The position numbers were made by a program, and so were the translations under genes. From Calditrichia bacterium (GTDB taxonomy: Bacteria > Calditrichota > Calditrichia > RBG-13-44-9 > J075), in contig JBOEGD010000026.1 of the NCBI GenBank assembly GCA_050633245.1, positions 98,360 to 159,987 of the forward strand: 61,628 nt of DNA. The letters run 5' to 3'. Numbering within the stretch: position 1 is the first letter of the stretch; every line of letters starts with the position of its first letter. The notes below the pieces were generated by a model that ran no database searches, was not told where the DNA came from, and saw only the letters and a list, made by a program, of their open reading frames with translations. Below, one piece after another: positions 19,021 through 26,638 of this stretch.

Positions 19021-19461
19021 CTATTCTTCTTCCAGTAACTCCAGTATATGCAGCCAGTTATTGCCCAGCCAGCGGGCGACTGTCTTTACGGGAGTAACCA
19101 ATTTTCCCTTCGCCGCTTCAAATTCTTCTTCACCCTGTAGTGCTTCCAGAACCTGCTTAATGGCCTTTGCAATACGCTGCTGAGAAATTTCTTCCAGATT
19201 CATATGCTGCTCAGCCTGCTGAAGCCCCATTTCAACTGTCATTTTGTTGGCTTCACTCAGATTTAGTCCGGATAAAGTTGTTTTTATCTCTTTTAGGTTG
19301 GCTTTCGCTTCTTTTAAAGTCGTCGGTAATACAATGTCGTCTGGTTTATCTTTAGCCGAAGAAACTTTGGGTAACCCGCTCTTCTCATAAGCGTCAATAA
19401 TTCCTGGCGCGCCTTTTGTCTTGGGCTTTACGCTGCGGCCATAGTTGCCTTTTTTCGCCAT
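19021..19461 (-). CDS. Hypothetical helical protein
   Basis: AAGGAAG RBS; basic N terminus, helical C domain ending WLGNNWLHIL. Confidence 0.7.
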   Translation of the reverse strand: MAKKGNYGRSVKPKTKGAPGIIDAYEKSGLPKVSSAKDKPDDIVLPTTLKEAKANLKEIKTTLSGLNLSEANKMTVEMGLQQAEQHMNLEEISQQRIAKAIKQVLEALQGEEEFEAAKGKLVTPVKTVARWLGNNWLHILELLEEE

Positions 19462-19915
19462 TTGTTTTACTTCCTTTTGTGAGGTATAAAATTTTTTAGC
19501 AAGTCACTCTTTGCGTTTGCTCTTGCTAGAGTTTTTATTCATTTTAGGCAAGGATTTCCAGCCAAAATTGATGCTATATGTTTTCTACTTTTCTATCTCC
19601 TGCTAAGTTGATATCTTTTAAAAATCTCCCCTTCTAACAATTGTGTCTGAGATAAACAGGAAACAGTCGAAAAGCAGTTTTTTACCACAATCCGCTGTAT
19701 TGTTGTGACGATGCAAAACATGTACACATAATTTCAATGTGAGTTCTGTGAAAAGAGAACCTGATCATCAAGGCACTTTACGAATTTGATGACACACTAT
19801 ATCATTTATAATACGATCTGATAATTGTTATAGCGTCTCACCTGAAAATTGCTTCAGCGTATTATGGTTGTATTAATAGTGTTCTCACGTAGATACCGTT
19901 TAACGGAGAGTCAGA

Positions 19916-22369
19916 ATGCCAAAAAGAAACTATAAAAACAACGATAGTGCTTTATCTGAAATAAGTGATTTAGCGCGTCGGCTTGCCTCTCTTGAAGAAT
20001 CCTCAAATACAAGACAAATACTTCAAAATATTGCTGAAAGTGCACATGAAGTCTTGAAAGCAGATTTAGTAGAGCTTTATGAATATAATCATGAACAACA
20101 AAAATATGAACTACCGCCAATTTCGGTCGGAGAAAAGCTCGACTCACTTGTTACAAAGCAGATCTACCCAACAAACTCTGTCTGGTTGTTGATAAATGAA
20201 TCCAGTCCACTTTTTTTGAAAGACGCTCAAGCAAGTGATCAATTATCTGCAACATATTCTCCAGAACGTAAAGATCGTAAAGATCTGCCTGCAGAACGGT
20301 TTGTATTAAGGCAAAAAATTAAGTCGACCGCTGCTGTACCCTTGTGGACAAAAAATGAAAGCGTCGGATTAATGTTTGCAAATTATAGAACCAAGCAAAA
20401 TTTTACAAGTTATCAACGTGAGTTAATTGAGGTATTTGCAAGCCATGCTGCAATAGCAATAAGAAATGTTCGTTTATTTCAAAAAGTACAGGAACAATCT
20501 CAGGCGCTTACGGAACAATCTCAGGCATTGTGGGGAAAAGCACAAGCATTAACTGAGTTAAATAAGTTGGCTCACCGTCTTGTATTCCTTGAGAAGTCAC
20601 CGGATTCCAGAAGGCTGCTACAGGATATTGCTGAAAGTGCCAAAGATGTGCTGAAAGCAGACCTTATCGAACTTTATGAATATCAACAAAATCAGGACAA
20701 GTATAATTTACCCCCTATATCTGTTGGTAAAAGGCTTGATGACTTGGAAACGACTGAAATATATCCGTCAAATTCTGTTTGGCGATTGATCACGGAATCA
20801 AGACCACTCTATGCTCGGGATGCTCAAAAAAGTAACAGGTTATCTGCTGATTATTCTCCGGAACGTAAACATCGTAAAGATTTACCCGTGCAGCGATTTG
20901 TTGTAAGACAGAAAATAAGATCAACAGCAGTGATTCCGCTTAGGACCCTAAATGAAAGTATGGGATTAATGTTTGCTAACTATAGACTCCCCCAAGCTTT
21001 CTCCAAAGAGCAGAAAGATGTTATTGAACTTTTCGCCAGTCATGCCGCGATTGCCATAAAAAATGTACGCTTGTATTCTGATGTAAATATGCGCCGTAAA
21101 GCGCTAATTCAAATTGGAAAAGAACTTTCAGCAAAAAATAATGTCAGCGAAATGGAGGTTCTTGAGTTTGTCTACAACCAGGCAAGTGAGTTATTGAATA
21201 TGGAAAATATGTCATTCGCTTTATATGATGAACCGTTGAATACAGTAAGATTTGCTATCGCATCTTTGAATGGTAGACGAATTGATGTGAAAAGTAATGG
21301 CTGGGAGCCAAGAAGAGGTGGGAGTGGTAAAACGGAACGGGTGATAAAGAGTAAAAAGTACTTGCTTCTTTCTACTGAGAAAGAAGTTCGCAGTATGGGT
21401 TTCTCACCTATTCCTCAACAAAAAAACTATAGAGGGCCTTTTCCGAGTGCCTGGCTCGGTGTTCCAATGATTTTAGGGGACAAAGTTTTCGGAGTAATTG
21501 CAAATGAACATTATGGGCAAGACTATTTTTATAATGAAGATGATGTTGAGGTTCTACAAGCTCTTGCTGATCAAGCTGCAATTGCGATTGAAAATGCCCG
21601 ATACCAGCAAAAACTAACGGAAAAAAATCAAGAATTAAATGAAGCTTATGAAAAGCTAACCGAGGTTGATAAACGAAAGTCTGAATTTTTATCAACAGTC
21701 TCTCACGAATTACGCACTCCATTAACTACAGTGAAAGGGTGCATCGAAAATGTATTAAGTAAATATTATGGGCCGATCACAAAGAAACAAAAGAGCAGAC
21801 TGGAAATGGCCTTAGCAAGTGTTAATGATGAAACGCGACTGGTTGAAAACCTGTTAGAACTTGTTCGAATGCAGGATCGGGAAATTCAGTTGGAAATGGT
21901 TGAATTTGATTTATGCGAGGTGATAATCAGCGTCTTAAAGTCGTTAGAGTATGATGCGAAGGAAAAGAGTCTCTCATTACATGCGAAGTTGCCATCGGAT
22001 AAAATTGTCTGCGATGTTTTGGACAAAACGAAGATTAAACAGGTGCTTACAAATCTTGTTCATAATGCCATAAAGTTTACCCCTGATAATGGTATAATAA
22101 CTATTACGCTTAAACGTAAGGAGAGTGGACTTACAATTAAAGTCAAAGACTCTGGTGTTGGAATACCTAAAAGTGAATACCAAAAAATTTTTGAACAATT
22201 TTATCAGATAGATGGTTCGTCAACCAGGGGTGTTGGTGGATCAGGAGTTGGTCTAAGTATTGCCCGTAAATATGTTGAACTTCATGGTGGTTCCATTTCT
22301 GTGGCAAGTAAAGTTGGTAAAGGAAGTACCTTCAGTGTTACCCTGCCGGTTACGAAGGAGAGTGCATGA
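19916..22369 (+). CDS. Cytoplasmic triple-GAF sensor histidine kinase
   Basis: Three GAF domains each ending (F/L)A..AAIAI.N; H-box SHELRTPL, N-box NAIKF, DSGVGI, GSGVGL; no TM helix. Confidence 0.9.
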   Translation: MPKRNYKNNDSALSEISDLARRLASLEESSNTRQILQNIAESAHEVLKADLVELYEYNHEQQKYELPPISVGEKLDSLVTKQIYPTNSVWLLINESSPLFLKDAQASDQLSATYSPERKDRKDLPAERFVLRQKIKSTAAVPLWTKNESVGLMFANYRTKQNFTSYQRELIEVFASHAAIAIRNVRLFQKVQEQSQALTEQSQALWGKAQALTELNKLAHRLVFLEKSPDSRRLLQDIAESAKDVLKADLIELYEYQQNQDKYNLPPISVGKRLDDLETTEIYPSNSVWRLITESRPLYARDAQKSNRLSADYSPERKHRKDLPVQRFVVRQKIRSTAVIPLRTLNESMGLMFANYRLPQAFSKEQKDVIELFASHAAIAIKNVRLYSDVNMRRKALIQIGKELSAKNNVSEMEVLEFVYNQASELLNMENMSFALYDEPLNTVRFAIASLNGRRIDVKSNGWEPRRGGSGKTERVIKSKKYLLLSTEKEVRSMGFSPIPQQKNYRGPFPSAWLGVPMILGDKVFGVIANEHYGQDYFYNEDDVEVLQALADQAAIAIENARYQQKLTEKNQELNEAYEKLTEVDKRKSEFLSTVSHELRTPLTTVKGCIENVLSKYYGPITKKQKSRLEMALASVNDETRLVENLLELVRMQDREIQLEMVEFDLCEVIISVLKSLEYDAKEKSLSLHAKLPSDKIVCDVLDKTKIKQVLTNLVHNAIKFTPDNGIITITLKRKESGLTIKVKDSGVGIPKSEYQKIFEQFYQIDGSSTRGVGGSGVGLSIARKYVELHGGSISVASKVGKGSTFSVTLPVTKESA

Positions 22370-23169
22370 TACCATCTAAAAAGATCCTTGTAATTGAAGA
22401 TGATAAGAGATTGGTTACTATTATGTCCGATCAGTTAGAGTATCTTGGTTACGAAGTTTGCCTGGCATATGACGGTTTGGAGGGGTTAAAGCTGGTAGAG
22501 GAAACCAGGCCAGACCTTATTGTTCTTGATATTATGCTACCCGGCCTGGATGGGTATGAGATCTGTAGTAAAATTAAATCCATCGAAAGTAGCAAACAAA
22601 TACCGGTATTGATGCTTACGTCAAAAGGGAAGGATGATGATTTTATAAGAGGATACAAAACCGGCGCGGATGATTTTCTAACAAAACCATATGATCAATA
22701 TGAGCTTGCCGGGCGAATAGAGATCCTGATTGAAAGGCAATCATACATTTCAACACTTAAACAAAGAAAAAAAGTGTTTATTTCGTATGCAATGGAGGAT
22801 TTAGAAATCGTAAATGCGTTGCGTCTGTTTTTGAAGACTCAGGATGTAGACCTGTGGTTTGATAAAAAAAAGCTGTTACCGGGTCAGAAATGGAAGCGGG
22901 AGATTAAAAAGGCGATTGCAGCAAGTGATATTTTTATTGTGTGTCTTTCTACAAATAGTATTACCAAGCGGGGGTATGTTCATAAGGAACTAAAAGAAGC
23001 ATTTAAGGTTCAGGCGACGTTGCCAGATAATAGTATCTATGTTATCCCTATCAGACTAAATGAGTGTGACGTTCCTGATAAATTGAGACATTTGCACTGT
23101 GAAGATTTTTTTTCAGAAGAGGGGCGAAGCAAATTAGTTCAAGCTATTTATGGAGCTCTTGTAAAATGA
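22366..23169 (+). CDS. Response regulator receiver fused to TIR domain
   Basis: IEDD, LDIMLP, LTS, TKP receiver residues; KVFISYA.ED, W.D...L.PG..W..EI..AI...D.FIVCLS.NS....YV.KEL TIR_2 motifs; ATGA overlap with the kinase. Confidence 0.9.
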   Translation: MIPSKKILVIEDDKRLVTIMSDQLEYLGYEVCLAYDGLEGLKLVEETRPDLIVLDIMLPGLDGYEICSKIKSIESSKQIPVLMLTSKGKDDDFIRGYKTGADDFLTKPYDQYELAGRIEILIERQSYISTLKQRKKVFISYAMEDLEIVNALRLFLKTQDVDLWFDKKKLLPGQKWKREIKKAIAASDIFIVCLSTNSITKRGYVHKELKEAFKVQATLPDNSIYVIPIRLNECDVPDKLRHLHCEDFFSEEGRSKLVQAIYGALVK

Positions 23170-23430
23170 ATATTATAATTATTGGGCGTGCAAAACTTGA
23201 GCGTCTTTTTAAGGTTGCGCAAGGTTAAAGAAGTTTTGGGAAAGGCACTTTTTCCTCCGGTTCCCCAAGATCGCCAATAGCGTTTTTCCAACCTCAAATC
23301 CTTCGCTGGCCTGCTTTTTGCCCATTACCTACAGTGTTAAACACGTAAGTGTCTTAATAACAGGCTTTATCTCGGCTGTTCGATTAATCGAGCAAAGACT
23401 AAAAAGTTTGATGTGTAGGCCGGCAGCATA

Positions 23431-23940
23431 GTGTTTGCCTATGACGGCAATCCGACTTTTACAACTGAAAACGTTGCTCCCTTTTCCCTGGCTGGAGATA
23501 ATTACGGAAATTACAATGCTTGGACTCCGGCCATAGGCAGCCACAACTTGTCGGCGACCCCTTACTCCGGCATTAATGGCGGTGGGGTTTCCGGAACAGC
23601 TTTTTCGATTACCTTTGAGGCAAGTAACGATCCCCAGGGGAATCAAGCCCCACAGGCTGATGCCGGGGAAGGGCAGGGCGGGCCGCATGCCGGGATGGAT
23701 ACCATTTGGCCAATGGGAATCATTCTGCGCGCAATGACGAGCACTGAAAATCATAAGATAGTTTGGTGTGTAAAGCAGCTTCTAAATACCCATGCCGATC
23801 TTGGTTTCATACACGAAACCTTTCATAAGGATGACGCAACGCGCTATTCGCGCTCTTGGTTTGCCTGGGCAAATACGCTGTTTGGTGAGCTGATCGTTAA
23901 GCTGTATCGAGATAAACCACAGCTGTTAAAATCGATTTAA
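23431..23940 (+). pseudogene. Chimeric remnant: surface-protein repeat fragment fused to the C terminus of a GH125 alpha-mannosidase
   Basis: ENVAPFSLAGD...WTP..G.H.L.ATPYSG..G.G..G and NQAPQADAG, then GGPH....IWPM.II.RA.TS...HETFHKDD...SRSWFAWANTLFGE; no RBS or signal peptide. Confidence 0.7.
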
Positions 23941-23948
23941 ATACTTCT

Positions 23949-24551
23949 TCAGGATTTCTCGACCAGAAATCCACAGACAACAGTTTCCTCATGCTGACAC
24001 TGCACATTGACGGGTTGGCCGGTCGCCTCTGCAAAGAAGGCCGCTACCAATTTGCAAACAAGCGGATCGGTATGAACTAAGGTCGCAACCGGACAGCTAT
24101 GGCAGCTGATGTAGGGTTGCTTGTCTTTTTGCGATAACTCCGCCATTGCATCTAACTTATTTACCGCCTCAACGGCTTTTTGAGTATCTGCCACAAGGTT
24201 TCCAGTCGGTGCCAATCCGGCTTGCTTTGCCATTGAGCGTCCTGCGTTCTCCAAAATTTTAAGACGTTGTTGCTCTGGTAGTTCAGCAATTGTTTGAATG
24301 AGGCCATTAAGAACCGGCTTATGTGCAGAAGAAAACGAATCTTCCTTACCACCTGCCACTCGGTAGCAGCGGGCAGGTTTCCCGGCTCCGCTCTGATGTT
24401 CAGCTTGGAATTTTTTTACGATGCCCGTTGCTTCCAACTTACTAACTTGTAAATGAACGGAGTTACGGGAAATACCGAGCTCTTTTGCTAGTTCACTTAC
24501 CGTTCGCTCTTTTCGATTGAGCAAGTTGATAATCTTTTGAGATGTATTCAT
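23949..24551 (-). CDS. ArsR/SufR-like winged-helix regulator with Cys-rich C domain
   Basis: TVSELAKELGISRNSV HTH, GKPA..Y wing, CHSCP...C...C......C; alternative GTG start at 24563. Confidence 0.85.
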   Translation of the reverse strand: MNTSQKIINLLNRKERTVSELAKELGISRNSVHLQVSKLEATGIVKKFQAEHQSGAGKPARCYRVAGGKEDSFSSAHKPVLNGLIQTIAELPEQQRLKILENAGRSMAKQAGLAPTGNLVADTQKAVEAVNKLDAMAELSQKDKQPYISCHSCPVATLVHTDPLVCKLVAAFFAEATGQPVNVQCQHEETVVCGFLVEKS

Positions 24552-24583
24552 GGGGTTTAGCACCTGTTCATGTTGGCTCTAAG

Positions 24584-24630
24584 GTAATATGCAAATATTA
24601 TTTGTATTATTCGCATATTACAAATAATAT
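24584..24630. promoter_or_regulatory. Two overlapping inverted repeats, candidate operators in a divergent promoter
   Basis: ATATTATTTGTA-N12-TACAAATAATAT (24595-24630) and GTAATATGC-N20-GCATATTAC (24584-24621). Confidence 0.65.
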
Positions 24631-24681
24631 AAATAATATAAATATCTTTCCAATACATATAATACAAAGGAGTATGATGAA

Positions 24682-25206
24682 ATGCGAGTGATTCTAACTA
24701 TAATAAGCGTGATTCTAATTTTTCTGTTTTTTGGCGTTGGGGCAGATAAGCCTACTGAAGAAGAAGCGTTGATTCCATTTCCGGAGGGCTATGCCAGTGA
24801 GTTTACAAACTACCTGAGTATGGATCGCACTCAGCATTCTGATCAAATTTTGCGTCTGTTTGGAAATGATCTTGCTATGGAAGGACCGGGTGAAGATGGG
24901 AAGCTGCCTTATGGTTCTATTCTGGTTGCGGAGGTTTTCAAAGCAAAAAAAGATAGTGCTGGCAATGTGATTGTCTCAGAGCTTGGGCGACGCATAAGAG
25001 ATAAATTTGCCGTGATTGCCGTGATGCAGCGTGGAGAAGGTTGGGGAGAAGACTACCCTGACAGCTTGAGCAATGACAATTGGGAGTTTGCTACCTTTAA
25101 ACCAAACGGTGGTATTGCTGATAAGGATCTAAATGAGTGTCGTGCTTGTCATGCTCCGCTGAAGAAAACCAACCATCTATTTTCATTAGAGCATATAGAG
25201 AAATAA
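24682..25206 (+). CDS. Cytochrome P460 / c'-beta family protein
   Basis: Signal peptide; P.GY, LPYGSILV.E, vM.R, NWEFA.F and a C-terminal CRACH heme motif; AAGGAG RBS. Confidence 0.85.
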   Translation: MRVILTIISVILIFLFFGVGADKPTEEEALIPFPEGYASEFTNYLSMDRTQHSDQILRLFGNDLAMEGPGEDGKLPYGSILVAEVFKAKKDSAGNVIVSELGRRIRDKFAVIAVMQRGEGWGEDYPDSLSNDNWEFATFKPNGGIADKDLNECRACHAPLKKTNHLFSLEHIEK

Positions 25207-25216
25207 TACACGCCAT

Positions 25217-25322
25217 GGGTGAGCGGATGACAAGTAGAACGGGCGAAAAGATGCAGGAGATAAAACCTTTCAGTTATTTAACTTTTCATAAGAAAGGCGA
25301 TTACGCTTTTTCGTGATCGTCT
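25217..25322 (+). repeat. Dispersed G-rich-head/hairpin-tail element, short copy
   Basis: GGGTGAGC-GGATGACA-AGTAGAAC-GGGCGAAA head; AGGCGATTACG...CGTGATCGTCT tail. Confidence 0.65.
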
Positions 25323-25577
25323 AATGTCAGAATACTTCCGCGCTACTTACTCTTATTTTTAAAAAAATCTGAGACTCTTTCAACCATTTCGATATCCGCG
25401 TATTGTCTCCAAGGGTTGGAACAATACGAATACGACTTCTTTCAATCTCGCTTAGGAAGTATTGAAATGGGGATGAAAACTGTTGGCGATCAGCTGCAAA
25501 TAGACCCATATTACTCAAAATCACACATCGTTAGTTTTTTACACTCAAGCGCTATCAACTGATTTGGGACTCAGAAT

Positions 25578-26381
25578 ATGGTTACCCAATCTGTATCCAA
25601 AAAGAATACTCAACTGCTCATTCTTATTGTGGAAGATCATGAAAATTTCCGCACTTACATTCGGCAGAGCCTGGAACCCATCTACCGTGTTGTAGAGGCG
25701 GTAAACGGGGAGGAGGGTTTGTCGAAAGCTCTTAAGTTGAAACCTGATCTGATTATCAGCGATGTAACGATGCCTAAAATGGACGGTTTCGAACTCTGTG
25801 AGAAACTGAGGGGCAACGAATTGACCAGTCATGTACCGATTATCCTGCTTACTGCTCGCGATTCCGGAGACAGCAAGCTCGAAGGCCTGGAAACCGGTGC
25901 AGACGATTATCTTACCAAACCGTTCGAAAGTCGCGAATTACAGATACGCATAAAGAACCTGATCGAGCAGCGTCAGAGGTTGCGCGAGAAGTTCAGCCGA
26001 GCAGTAATCGCCGAGCCAAAAGACATTACCATCACCTCGCTGGATGAGATGTTTCTGAGACGGGCAATTGAAATTGTAGAGGAGCATATGTCCGATGTAG
26101 ACTTTGATGTGGAGACATTTGCCCGGGAGGTCGGCGTTAGCCGCACCCGCCTTCATCGCAAACTCAAAGCTCTTACCGATCAATCGACGACTGAATTTAT
26201 TCGCGCATTACGGTTAAAGCGTGCTGCCAAACTTCTTGCCGGGCAGACTGGCAATGTAACCGATATCGCCTATGAAGTTGGGTTTAACAATCTTTCCTAT
26301 TTTATTCGCTCTTTTAAGAAGCTTTTCGATGAGTCGCCCTCTGCATATGCAGCTCGTTTTAATGAACAAACTGACGAATAA
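25578..26381 (+). CDS. Stand-alone REC-AraC response regulator (resembles the output half of a hybrid two-component system)
   Basis: VEDH, SDVTMP, LTA, TKPF; SRT.LHRKLK.LT, IAYEVGFNN.SYF.R.FKK.F; in-frame stop at 25560 just upstream. Confidence 0.9.
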   Translation: MVTQSVSKKNTQLLILIVEDHENFRTYIRQSLEPIYRVVEAVNGEEGLSKALKLKPDLIISDVTMPKMDGFELCEKLRGNELTSHVPIILLTARDSGDSKLEGLETGADDYLTKPFESRELQIRIKNLIEQRQRLREKFSRAVIAEPKDITITSLDEMFLRRAIEIVEEHMSDVDFDVETFAREVGVSRTRLHRKLKALTDQSTTEFIRALRLKRAAKLLAGQTGNVTDIAYEVGFNNLSYFIRSFKKLFDESPSAYAARFNEQTDE

Positions 26382-26480
26382 ACGTATTTTCTGTTTTTGC
26401 TAAACTCTTGTAAATCAATGGTTTCGTGTGCTGTCTGTCACTCTGGTGTCAGCTAGTCCTTCCTCTAAAATGCCTGAAGC

Positions 26481-26514
26481 AACAATAGTGCAATGTTTCG
26501 GAACATATGTGCAA
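26481..26514 (+). promoter_or_regulatory. Tandem direct repeat with 21-bp period, candidate AraC binding site
   Basis: AACAATAGTGCAA (26481) and AACATATGTGCAA (26502); TATAAC-like -10 at about 26532. Confidence 0.65.
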
Positions 26515-26638
26515 GCGAACATATGCGTCCGTATAACACTTTACCCCAGATGCTAATATTTATGCCTAAAACCCAAATGATCATGCATCGTGTTTTACTG
26601 TAATTCATCAGATCTATTTAACGCCAAGGAGATCAATC

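Noticed and set aside
19916-21600. Phytochrome/cyanobacteriochrome identity for the GAF kinase
   Set aside because: No DIP motif or bilin-binding Cys-His in the GAF domains
25327-25524. 65-aa minus-strand ORF as a gene or remnant of the missing kinase
   Set aside because: No recognisable motif, wrong strand for a kinase remnant, no clear RBS
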